64,000 nt of DNA from Paraphysomonas bandaiensis. Taxonomy: Eukaryota; Protista; Chrysophyceae. The stretch spans positions 1 to 64,000 of the forward strand of contig CBFFRP010000283.1 of the NCBI GenBank assembly GCA_965644295.1, read 5' to 3'. Position numbers and translations under genes: made by a program. Under the pieces are notes generated by a model that ran no database searches, was not told the origin of the DNA, and worked only from the letters and a program-made list of their open reading frames with translations. Within the stretch, counting starts at the first letter, position 1, and each line of letters starts with the position of its first letter. Of this stretch, positions 1 to 10,202 are shown in pieces.

Positions 1-93
1 ATTATTTATTATAATCCCTTCTCTGTGTGCTGCTCTCCAGTATTTGCTGGTAGACATCTTATACAACTGGGCAGCATGATAAGTAGAACCCGA

Positions 94-1713
94 TCAAAGA
101 TCATCAATAGGATCTGTGTCTCCCTGGTCCTCTTGTTCTCGCACAAGCATTCGCACATCCCCTTTCTCGTTTCCTAGTTTCCTCTGGTACCAAGGAACAC
201 TCTCTTTCGGAGTCCTTTGTTGAGGCCAAGGCGAAGTCCTAGTAGGCATTTCCTTAATTCCAAACCTGGCATTCATAGCTCGAAGTGTCTCTTTAAGAAT
301 CTCCTTATCATGAGAAAATTTGCAACTCTTGTCCTTGCACCCACCATCTACATTCATTTCCTTAAAGCATGGACTCTTCTTGTAAACTTCTGTAGCCATC
401 ACATCCTCATTCACACTCTTAAGGTCATCATCCTTTGCATCATTGTTACTTTCCTTAGTCTGTTTCTCATTCTCATCCGAATCATCTTCTTCCTCCATCA
501 TAGCCAATATTGCAGCATTCAATTGAGGCTTTGTTTGGAAATTAAACCTGCCCTTGAATTGTTGATACTTCTCAGAAAGCTCCCTTGTTACTCTTAGATG
601 TTCGAAAAACTCTTCAAAGAATGATTCCACTGAGTTGAAATTCTCTGTTCTCAATAATCTCTTACTGGTGTCTCTCATACAAGGTGGTATCAAACTCATC
701 CAGACTTCCAGTGACCCACCTCGTTTGGTGGTAGTTAGAGGTATACTCAAAGTCAAGTGATTTACTTTTGCTGCATCCACCAAGAAGTCGTATCTCTGAA
801 TAAACTTAGTTTCAAGAATACATATATCTTCATCAGCTTTCCTGAAATCCTCCAGTCTCTCCATATTAACCTTGTATGCTTTGCAAGATTTGTACAATAT
901 TTTGTTGAATGCCATTACATCCAAAGGTTTAAATAAACGTTTGACTGCCTCAATGATATGTGTGATCCTAGCATCAGTACACTCCAAGTATGTAGGAAAT
1001 TCTATTGGATTCATCCGTCGCAGGGTATGCCGAACCATGTCTCTTGCTCGATCTTTTAGCAAACTGTACACTGAAGGCACCGCTCTATTATAATTTCGTT
1101 TTTCATACTCAGCAATCTTCTCCATAAATGTCATGAAGCCGTCTAAAGTAATTTCCGTCAATTGGATCTTCAAGTATGAATTATCCTGTTGGGTCAATAC
1201 GACCTGACTAGTCCTGTCTTCGTCGGCCTGCCTTAGCGCTTCTTGAATAGTCTGTCTCCTAACATTCCTCCTCCTAGGCTGCTCTTCCTCTCTCAATACC
1301 TGCGTTGCATTGATCATGGCCTGTTGTACTGCGTCCTCGATTCTGGTCTGAAGTAGATCTGGGTCTATGTATTGCTGTTCATGTACTGGTCCTCCAGCTT
1401 GTTCTTCTTGCTGTTGAACTTCTTCGATTTGATGTGTTGCCTCTTCATCAATCTGGGATATACCCCCTCCAAAATCTACTTCCGAATTAGCTGGAGTGGC
1501 TTGTCTTGAGGAACGTCGAGACTCCAGCTGCTGCAACCTTTGTTCGAACATTTCGAAATGAAGATCGATAGACTCAAAGCGTTTGTTCAGCTGCTCTTGT
1601 TGTTCAGCATACTGCTGCTGTTGTTGAGCAAACTGTTCATTTTGTTCAGCAAACCGCTGCTGAAGGAACTCCATAATGTTCGGAACCTCTTCTTCCGAAC
1701 TCATAGTCGACAA
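94..1713 (-). CDS. gag: gag-like ORF of an LTR retrotransposon (coiled-coil N-terminus, C-terminal CCCH knuckle)
   Basis: Intronless 539-aa ORF just downstream of an LTR-like segment and PBS; Q/E-rich coiled-coil start; CFKEMNVDGGCKDKSCKFSH motif near the C-terminus; frame stays open after the TGA to the window edge. Confidence 0.7.
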   Translation of the reverse strand: MSTMSSEEEVPNIMEFLQQRFAEQNEQFAQQQQQYAEQQEQLNKRFESIDLHFEMFEQRLQQLESRRSSRQATPANSEVDFGGGISQIDEEATHQIEEVQQQEEQAGGPVHEQQYIDPDLLQTRIEDAVQQAMINATQVLREEEQPRRRNVRRQTIQEALRQADEDRTSQVVLTQQDNSYLKIQLTEITLDGFMTFMEKIAEYEKRNYNRAVPSVYSLLKDRARDMVRHTLRRMNPIEFPTYLECTDARITHIIEAVKRLFKPLDVMAFNKILYKSCKAYKVNMERLEDFRKADEDICILETKFIQRYDFLVDAAKVNHLTLSIPLTTTKRGGSLEVWMSLIPPCMRDTSKRLLRTENFNSVESFFEEFFEHLRVTRELSEKYQQFKGRFNFQTKPQLNAAILAMMEEEDDSDENEKQTKESNNDAKDDDLKSVNEDVMATEVYKKSPCFKEMNVDGGCKDKSCKFSHDKEILKETLRAMNARFGIKEMPTRTSPWPQQRTPKESVPWYQRKLGNEKGDVRMLVREQEDQGDTDPIDDL

Positions 1714-1838
1714 TAATATAAATAAGCAATGTTTCTTTCTATCCGACTAAAGTATTAATACTGTAATCTTTCTGATAAGAAAGACCGTGTTTACAACGTT
1801 TTATATGAATTTAAAGTGCTTCCCAAACCGAGAATACA

Positions 1839-1853
1839 CTGTCCAGAACACCA
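1839..1853 (-). promoter_or_regulatory. putative tRNA primer-binding site (TGGTGTTCTGGACAG)
   Basis: Starts with TGG 6 nt after the LTR-terminal CA; its complement CTGTCCAGAACACCA has the form of a tRNA 3' end (T-stem strand, 7-nt acceptor strand, discriminator A, CCA). Cognate tRNA not identified. Confidence 0.6.
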
Positions 1854-1859
1854 AACCGG

Positions 1860-2150
1860 TGAAACTGCCTCCTAACACAAGCAAACCGCGAGTATAGAAT
1901 GAATTAAATTACGTTAAAACGTGTAAAGAAAGAAAGTGAAATCATACAACACTCTATCTTGCTGTGAATCATCTACAGTTTACAGTATCATACTTGTACA
2001 TATACGGGACTTATATCCCTTCAAGAATACAGTAACCGCAATGTATACTAAATAAACTGAAAATGAAAGTACAACAGCATGCTACCTAGAGTACCGCAGT
2101 ATAACACAGTATAACTCCACGTATAACAGTAACTACAGGTATGCGTGACA
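1860..2150 (-). mobile_element. putative 5' LTR (291 bp)
   Basis: On the minus strand reads TGTCAC...GTTTCA (TG..CA termini, imperfect inverted ends), AT-rich, short GTATAAC repeats near 2099-2127, TATA-like ATATAAG near 2010-2016, followed by PBS and gag. The second LTR is outside the window. Confidence 0.65.
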
Positions 2151-2214
2151 GAGCAGCTGCGGAAACTTCTATGAGTGTACGTTTGATGTTCGTTGTGTCC
2201 CAGTCCAGTAGGAG

Positions 2215-4755
2215 TCAGTTGGAGTCGGAGCTGAAGATGTCCGAGTCCACCCGAGAGTGTTCTTCTGAGGACCTTTCTGGGATACTGTGATCTACCTTGT
2301 TTTTATAGTAATCAAGTACCGTGAGAGTCGCCCCAGCATCGATCTCATAGAGAGCTGCAACCGCGTTTTCCATTTGCGCGAGGATGGCATGGATTTTTGA
2401 CAGAGGTACAAGATCTGAAGCGATGTGTAGAGCTATTTCGCAGAGCTCTGGGCAGGTGGGAGCTGGTGCTGGCTCTGTTGATGGGGATGTGTCCATCTGT
2501 CGCTGTCGTTTGGGAGTGTACGATCGCGGTGTATCGGTCTGCATTTGTGGAGCAACAGTTGGGCCGAAGGGTTGGAGGGACGTTGGAGGCGGTATTATGG
2601 GAGGGGCGTTTGTTGCTGTGTCTGGGGCCTTATGGAGGCCGTATAGAAACCGCTGAGTAGGGAGGCCAGGGGGGACTGCTATGGTGTGATAGAGGAGCCT
2701 TAGAGTTTCGTCACCCAGAGCTTTGCGCAGTAAAGGCACGATACCTGCGCGTGAGATTTCCCAGCAGAGTTTGATCTTGGTATTCCTGTCGTCAAGGTAA
2801 ATGTAGGTTTGTTCAACTAAGCGTTCTTTTTCTTTGCGCCCGCTTGTGAGTGGGCTGCGGGCGGTCCAAATGATGTCCTCTATGTCCGTGGATGGGATAC
2901 CTATGGCCTCACAGGCTTGCCAGACTTGGATGGGAGATAGGAGTGTTTCAGAGCAGACAGCGATGTGGAAGAGTTCTTGAGACGGTGTCCAGTTGGACTG
3001 CTTTTGCGTGGGTGTTTCACTGCTGACCATTCTACAACAGAGTGAGCCGAGGTTGATTTCGACATGTCCTCCTATTTCATTATTGAAGAGTGCTTTATAG
3101 AATTTAGCTCTTAGATCCTGATCGTGAATGGGATCGTGGAGTAATAGAATCTGATAGAACCTATATGTTTTATCAGTGGCTCGAGTCTTGCCTCTATAGT
3201 GTGTTAGAGTCCAGAATACTTCGTATAGAGGTGGCGTGGGGAAACCTCCCGTTCGGAGAAGCATATCCAGCGTGTTTCGTAACCTAAAGGCATGTGCAGG
3301 TCTGGTGTGCGCTGAGTTTGCATGTAGCCCATATATAGCCGCCACTGGTATCAGCGAGGGCTCATCCTTGGTACGACCCACGAAGAGTTCTCGTGGCGTT
3401 CGGAAAAGTGATATCTGGACATGTCGGCGTTCAGTCCGAAGGAGGCCTTTGTCATCGACTGATGTGCCCGTTTCTACATGGAGGTCAAAGCATAGAGGGG
3501 AGGAGTACATACATGAGTCAGCGGTAACATTCGCTCCCATGCCCTGTCGGACTTCGTACCCAGGTCTGCCTAGGTCGAACGCTCGGACTACCCTACTCGC
3601 TGTGGGAGCAGGTAAGTCTGAACACGTTCGTGCATCCTTGGCTGCCCTGAAAGTAGCGATGTCTTGGGGGGTAGGGGGTTGAATGGGAAACCCCAACTCA
3701 TGGATAAGGTAGTGTGTTATCCCCAGGAAGGTGGCATCATCAGCAGCTTTTATGTTTGTAAGGACGAGTGTTTTGTACTCTCCCACAGGTAGGTCATTTT
3801 CCCATCCCAGAAAGGTGCGTACCGATGGGAGCTGTAGCTGGGGAGTGTCAGCTTTGGCTTTCTTCTGTTCTCTGATAGCATTATTGATCTGCGCATCAAT
3901 GTTGGTTGGTTGATAGGAGGGGGGAAGAACAAACTTCGGGGTGAAGGTTCTGGAAGTGTTGGAATTTGTTTCACGTTTCATTGAAATTGTGTCGAAGTTG
4001 CTTCTAAAGAGTGTTGGTGTATATCTGTATGTGAACCGAGTGTTGTTACGCAAGAGACTTAAGCGTGAACTTTGGGGCCTTGCATAGGTGATATACTCAT
4101 AACCAGCAAGATTGAGTGGGTGTGGGTTGGTAGGGTATTGATGGGGTCCGGGGCTACGTGGTGTTCCGCATGCTAGCACCGTTTTTGTGTGGTATACATC
4201 CTGTAGGGCACTGTAGTACAGTAGCCGAATATACCGTATGCGGAATACAGTGTCTGTCCAATAAGAGGAATGGGCTGAGGGAGTGATAGGTGAACAGAAT
4301 GAGGGGGTAACCTGCTGGATGCATAGACCACAGACAAACCATGTTGGGTTGTTTTGTGTGGACATCAGGAGGCAGCCCTGTAGCTCAGTTGTGAGGGTTC
4401 GAGAGTAGTCTGTGACCATATTGAGAGCACCAGAGGATCTTTTGCGTGGACCTGCTCGCACGAGCCACGTTTTGAGTGGTTGTAACCGTAGAATTCGATA
4501 GGTGAGACTATGATGTCTACTGATGTGATGGCATATGAATGCGGTAAGCGCTGCATTAGTGCAGGCACGTGGTTTAGCAGAAGCCGTTAGGTTGGGTAGA
4601 AGTCGCAAGGCCAGGCAGTGAGGCTTGGAACGTGTACAACGTGGTAAAACAAGAGATTTGTCGGAGACGAGGTGATCAGCAAAATGTGGCCGAAGAGAGG
4701 GAGAAGAGGCCCTAGGCACACTGCCATGACTCATCCACACCCTTGATAGGGACAT
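2215..4755 (-). CDS. long intronless orphan ORF, probably retroelement-derived (ORF1-like); true start may be MKRETNS at ~3981
   Basis: 846 open codons, no introns, C/A-rich sense strand and raised GC like the LINE at 21959-26429; composition drops to AT-rich near 4870. No domain recognised. Confidence 0.4.
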   Translation of the reverse strand: MSLSRVWMSHGSVPRASSPSLRPHFADHLVSDKSLVLPRCTRSKPHCLALRLLPNLTASAKPRACTNAALTAFICHHISRHHSLTYRILRLQPLKTWLVRAGPRKRSSGALNMVTDYSRTLTTELQGCLLMSTQNNPTWFVCGLCIQQVTPSFCSPITPSAHSSYWTDTVFRIRYIRLLYYSALQDVYHTKTVLACGTPRSPGPHQYPTNPHPLNLAGYEYITYARPQSSRLSLLRNNTRFTYRYTPTLFRSNFDTISMKRETNSNTSRTFTPKFVLPPSYQPTNIDAQINNAIREQKKAKADTPQLQLPSVRTFLGWENDLPVGEYKTLVLTNIKAADDATFLGITHYLIHELGFPIQPPTPQDIATFRAAKDARTCSDLPAPTASRVVRAFDLGRPGYEVRQGMGANVTADSCMYSSPLCFDLHVETGTSVDDKGLLRTERRHVQISLFRTPRELFVGRTKDEPSLIPVAAIYGLHANSAHTRPAHAFRLRNTLDMLLRTGGFPTPPLYEVFWTLTHYRGKTRATDKTYRFYQILLLHDPIHDQDLRAKFYKALFNNEIGGHVEINLGSLCCRMVSSETPTQKQSNWTPSQELFHIAVCSETLLSPIQVWQACEAIGIPSTDIEDIIWTARSPLTSGRKEKERLVEQTYIYLDDRNTKIKLCWEISRAGIVPLLRKALGDETLRLLYHTIAVPPGLPTQRFLYGLHKAPDTATNAPPIIPPPTSLQPFGPTVAPQMQTDTPRSYTPKRQRQMDTSPSTEPAPAPTCPELCEIALHIASDLVPLSKIHAILAQMENAVAALYEIDAGATLTVLDYYKNKVDHSIPERSSEEHSRVDSDIFSSDSN

Positions 4756-5401
4756 TGAGCTTAAAGCTGGTTAATAAGATGGAACTTTGTGTTGAACGGT
4801 ATTTGCCACCGTAGGGCAGAGAAAAGATATGGACTACCAATAATGGGCCATTAATGGTTACCAGGCTCTGGAATATATAAGGATAACATGGTTTTATTTC
4901 ATGTAATAAACAATGGGAAAGATAGTATTACTATAATGAATCCACATAGCATGAAAATGAAAATATCTGTTTTCGATTAGCAAAAGTAATCCAAACTTAC
5001 TTTCGTCTAGTTCATCTTGTACTTCAATATCTAGTAGTGATATCAATAAATAATACATCATATGATGGACATTTTTGTTAACTTTCATAATTAGAAACTT
5101 GTGTTTACTGATAATGTACTATGTACTATCTATTATAGAAGGCAAAATGGGCCAAAAAAATACATCCGCTTAGACTATACAGTTGAATAAAACGCTTCCA
5201 ACAACAAAGGTATACCCTTATTCTCACTACTATATTTTAGAAATACCTTTTTCACCACTTCAAATGTTTGTAGATCTCATTCCTTACTGATTTTATTGGG
5301 TGAATATGGTGTTAAACCTACTCTAAAAGGATGATTTCTCTTCTAACACCATTTTATAGTGTAACCACTCTGAGTTCAAAAACACGGGGTTGACTTTTCC
5401 C

Positions 5402-5682
5402 CTCGTCTAATAGGGTCACAATGTCATACTATTCGAAGAATCTGCAGACTAACTTTGACGGTGGACACCTACCCATGTTGATCTATTTCTTGATTCTACT
5501 TTCAACTGTTTTGTAATTAACTCTAAAACCCTAAGAATAGTATTGTATTATTTGCATTCTTCACCTCGTCTAATCGAACACTCAAACTGGGTCACAATAA
5601 TGTCATACTATTCGAAGAATCTGCAGACTAACTTTGATGGTGGACACCTACCCATGTTGATCTATCTCTTGATTCTACTTTC
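5402..5682. repeat. local direct duplication of ~100 bp
   Basis: GGGTCACAAT..GTCATACTATTCGAAGAATCTGCAGACTAACTTTGAYGGTGGACACCTACCCATGTTGATCTATYTCTTGATTCTACTTT at ~5412-5501 and ~5589-5681, each preceded by CTCGTCTAAT. Confidence 0.9.
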
Positions 5683-6955
5683 CTCCGTTTAGTAATTATT
5701 GAATGAGCGGCCTGGTCTGTGCTGAATTTGTTTCACCTCAGTGCTGTAAGGTCAATATTCTGTTGTGTATGATGTATAGCAATATGCGAGCATAACTTGT
5801 TACCATTCCTTTAGCTAAAAGTTGACTAGTTTCGCATTGACAAAGTTCTACGATGTATTCATTTTTTGTTTATCACTTCTCACTTCACCGCAAATTAACA
5901 ATACTTTAACTTGTTTACGTACCGTTCTCTTTAGTGTCGTGGCCTTTATCATCCAATACGACGACAAAGTATGAGAAAACATAATACCGTATAAATTACA
6001 CAAACTTAAACATTTAGAAATACTAAGAAATAGACATACATGTTATTTGCGTTGTACGTTATGTTCAGCTTTAATCTTTCTATATGGCGATTTAGATCAT
6101 CCAGTAAAAGCCAATAATCGAATATATGGCATACGTACATACATTATTGTTGAGTTCTGCTATATGTGAGCAATTAAAAGCTCTAGCTATAAGATTATAT
6201 ATTATAACCGTTATGAGCTATGAGTAGTATACAGTTGTGGTTAATCGTACTATGAGAATAAATGATATTAAAAGTCTGTAGTGTAAACGGAATATAGTGA
6301 CGAAGTAAGATCGTACGAGAAATGAATGACATGAGAGAATGACATGAGAGATTGATTTTAATTTATAATTCTCAGCATTGAGTGTAAGATTACCTTCAGT
6401 TGTTAACTTAACACTTCTCATAAAATGCCAAACTTTGATATACATTGTCATCATCGCATTAGTTTATATCCGTCACACTGTAAGGTTTCTTAAATACTCT
6501 CTATATCCAATACTGTGTAAGTTGTGCCGCAGGATATACATCTGGTTGGAAAATTTATCCAACACAAGTATGAAACAATGTCCTTTATAGTGATGACACA
6601 ACTGCCGCAGGGGGGTCGGTCAAGCACCAAATTCATAAGTGGAAAAACAGAACGACGTATGGGGTAATTTTATAGATACATTACATTATACCGAATTGAG
6701 TTTTAAAATGTTTACAATAACGCTCTTAGATGAAACGACAGCTTCATATTGGCGGTGAAAGGCAACAGTGTGTAGCTTACAACGGCATCTTTATGAAAAT
6801 AAAAAGTAATAACGTAAACAAGAACTCTCACAAACCTATCCACAATATGAATTATCAACGTACATCAGCTACATACTATTACTTTAAACAACATTAAAGT
6901 TACAACTATTCTGCATACACATTACTGTACTGAAGTTGACAGCGAACATATACCA

Positions 6956-7462
6956 TCACCTCTTCAAAGAGCCTTTTGCTTTTCTTGTCTTCTTCATATT
7001 CTCCTGGATACTCGATTCAATAAGGCTGAAGTGCTGTAAAGGTTCCTCCAAATATTCTTTTGTATTATCATTTACATCTATCCGTCTTTTGATATCTTTC
7101 TGGATTCTCTTCACTGACCTTAAATGGTTTGTTGTTCTCTGGGAATACATTAGCACAACGATAATAACATTAGAACTGCATACATTAGCCAACATTTTAC
7201 TTTCACGTTCCGATTTCATTTTCATGGCATGCATTTCTGCATCTGTCAGCACCAGAGGTCGGGATAACTCGTCTTTGATTACAGAAGCCATCCAGGAAGC
7301 CTTCTCACTGTTGTTGTCGACAGACATCTTCAAAATAATATCATTTTGGTGCATTACTCGCGTCTTTTCCATTGTGTTTCTGTACGCTCTTTCATTTTGA
7401 GCTTTCAGCCAAGCCAAGTGAGCCATTTGTTGCTCAATTTCTGTAATGCGTTTATTGGACAT
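6956..7462 (-). CDS. hypothetical coiled-coil protein (probably one in-frame intron near 7141-7182)
   Basis: Charged helical ORF with ATG start; the hydrophobic stretch VCSSNVIIVVLMYSQ corresponds to a GTATGC...CAG segment. Confidence 0.45.
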   Translation of the reverse strand: MSNKRITEIEQQMAHLAWLKAQNERAYRNTMEKTRVMHQNDIILKMSVDNNSEKASWMASVIKDELSRPLVLTDAEMHAMKMKSERESKMLANVCSSNVIIVVLMYSQRTTNHLRSVKRIQKDIKRRIDVNDNTKEYLEEPLQHFSLIESSIQENMKKTRKAKGSLKR

Positions 7463-7960
7463 AATGCTCCGCTCTATACAGAATATATATATATACGGTA
7501 CGGCGCCTTATAAGAATAATATCCAGTAGAATAGATTCACAGGAGGATGAATCACTTTACCTCTACTTATCGATGGTAGAGGGACTGTTCGTTAAGTACT
7601 GTGACTGCAAAACTAGTGTGATAAGAAACAGACAGAGACCAGCACACGTTCCACCGTATACCACATACATACACCACTACACTCTCATACCTAAATTTAC
7701 AGAAGAGTGTATATTTCGTCGGTTTCATTTTTTCACCCAGTATATTTATGTGTACGACGTCTGTATATGTGAGTTGCGTGTACAGCAGTAGACTACACTC
7801 ATTCGCTGCAAGGTTACAGCAGCTCCGACTATACAAATTACGATCTCAGCATTAGTTGCTTAACTGCAAACTCTTTGAGTCGAATCTATTGCAGTGAGGT
7901 TATATTGAAAGGAGGCGAGGCACTTGAGTGGTAGTGGTGCATATCTTATCATATTAAATA

Positions 7961-9623
7961 ATGTCGGCGGCGATCGATAATATCATTGCCGAGGGAGATG
8001 AATCTGCAGTTATGATTCAAAAAGTTATACGTGGACGACAAGGAAGACGGAGTGAATACTTACTTAAGAAAAGAGCAGCTGTAAAGAAGGCACATGACCA
8101 GTCTGCTAACGTTCAGATACATGGAATATCACGAGGAAGTCATGGAAGAAATAAAGTCAGTGACGCTAGATCACAAGAACTTGCAGCAATAAGAATTCAG
8201 GCTCTCCAGAGGGGACGATCTGGTCGGTACTGCATGGCAAGAAAAGCAGGGGATGTTGTACTTACGCAGTCGATGATCAAGAGTGGACTAAAGTGTCATG
8301 GGCGACATCCCATCACTCTTAGACATGCCTACTTGCAATTAGAGTTAGCGGTAAGTTAATGAAGTGCACACTTACGTGTCATCATTAGTACATAAGGGAA
8401 TGGGCTTAAAATCAATAGACACGCTTCAGAGTTACTGTCATATAATGTATCTAAACTTATCCGACAATGCAATTGAAAGCCTTGAAGTACTGTCCAAGCT
8501 ACCGACAATCCTCGATCTAAATGCTCGGTAGTATGTGTGGTGGACTGGTAGATTTGTTGTCTAACTTTTACTACAGGCGCAATAATTTAACCAAATGCCT
8601 AGACTTTTCTCCACCGCGGTGTTCTGCTGCGAATGCGTGGTCCATGGGCCACACTGCGCTTGGGTCTATGTTAGTAAATGCTGATTTATCTGACAATTCT
8701 ATTTCGAGAATGGGTGATCTGTCGCATCACCCCTTCTTGGAGACACTTATTCTGGGAAAGAATGCGATATCTTCAATTGAAGGAATACAGACTCTTAAGT
8801 TTCTTCAGGTTTTCAGACGTAATGCTAATTTTAGTTGTTGATTGAACGTGTATATTAGGTACTAGATCTGTCGAACAATAATTTGACATTTATTGGTGGG
8901 CTTGACAATTTGCGTATACGGGAGCTGAATCTGTGTGGCAACCAAATTCAGACTTTACATGGGTTAGAATCTATTGAAACACTGTGTGTTTTGGATGTGT
9001 CAAATAACAAAATAGCATGCCTGGCCCCACTGAGACATTGCAAGAACCTCTCTCATTTAGATGTGAGAAGGAACGACATATCCCTTATTCGACAGGTTGA
9101 ATTCTTGAGGGATTTGCAGTGGCTTCGTACTCTTATAATGATGGAAAACAGGGCCAGTAGTAAACCGTATTACAGGTATTACAATGATACGTAAAGTAAC
9201 GCACTCCAATTTGTCTCATACAGGTATTGTGTTATACGGACGCTTCCATCACTGTTGTGCTTGGACCGTACAACTGTCTCTACTGAAGAGCAGGTTAACT
9301 ATATGCTTATTAGCGTTCGTAACCACTAACGTCCTGCACAGATATTAGCAGCTAATTTATTCGAGGACGAGGGAGGTGACGTGGAATCGAGAAAGCGTGT
9401 GTTCGAGAAATTTTTCCCCAATGAAAGATTTAAAAACTTTTCCCCTACATTCTGTAATTCCGAAGATGATATTGACATGACACAAGTGGAGCGAGATGAC
9501 AACAAATTAGAGAAAGCGTTGCGTTCAAAGCGCCTACATACACCCAAGGAAATGATGAAGTTTATTCTCACTGAAGGACTTGTAAATGCCACAGAGAATG
9601 AAACTGGAGTTCACTTGTATTAG
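7961..9623 (+). CDS. IQ-motif + SDS22-type LRR protein, LRGUK/LRRC23-like (multi-exon, no guanylate kinase domain seen)
   Basis: IQ motifs IQKVIRGRQGRR and IQALQRGRSGR; LTQSMIKSGL..LRHAYLQLEL and LDFSPP segments typical of LRGUK/LRRC23; LxxLxLxxNxI repeats; LRRcap ENRASSKPYYR..TLPSLLCLD; GT-AG introns near 8351, 8529, 8809, 9176, 9294. Confidence 0.75.
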
Positions 9624-10113
9624 TCGTTGTTGATTGTGAACTTGTTCTATGAGGCCTTGATATTGTGTTGTTAGACGAATGCACTGCATTGGATACACCA
9701 TGCGATTTCTGATAACATACTGTGTTAAATGTTGTAACTATTGTAACCCAAGAGAATAAATGCTGCAGATACTGTAGATTACTCTTATCTACTAAATTTT
9801 TTGTTACGAAATGAAAACTTCTACATTGTGCTAATCAACAGCTATACATATTATTTACGAAGATTGAATGATAATGATACGAACTGGCTATGGTATTAGG
9901 TATCAGCGTGCCCGCTATACTGTTGAGAAATCTACTTGGACACAGGCTTGTATAACAATTGGCTTCAATCAACAATATAATGCAATACTATTGTTATATA
10001 TTTGATAGCGTTCCATTAATAGTGTTGATGGAGTTTTGAAACCGGCCCAACAACACTATTGCAATATCTTATATCTTATATCTTAGTATCATTAATCCGT
10101 AAGTAACCCCATT

Positions 10114-10202
10114 CCCTCAACAAAGTCGGACTCGCACCTTTTCGTGGTGTTCTGGGGATAAGTACCGGAGAGATTCTCTCTGTGGGAAACTAAGGTGAGC
10201 CG
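10114..10202 (+). ncRNA. candidate HDV-like (Pr77-type) ribozyme fold at the retroposon 5' end
   Basis: P1 CCCTCAAC/GTTCTGGG (6 of 8 pairs), P2 CGG(A)CTCGC/GTGAGCCG, P3 ACC/GGT, L3 TTTTCGT, P4 hairpin from 10165, J4/2 CTAA with C10190 in the catalytic position. Manual folding only. Confidence 0.55.

Noticed and set aside
94-2217. TGA reassigned to a sense codon (frames stay open after TGA at 94 and 2215)
   Set aside because: Host genes (CDC48, oxygenase, VTI1-like) end at TGA at the expected positions, and Trp is encoded by TGG.
10128-10138. Pol III B-box-like GGTGCGAGTCC implying a tRNA-derived SINE head
   Set aside because: It is antisense to the element, mismatched at a normally invariant T, and has no A box or cloverleaf; better explained as P2/P3.
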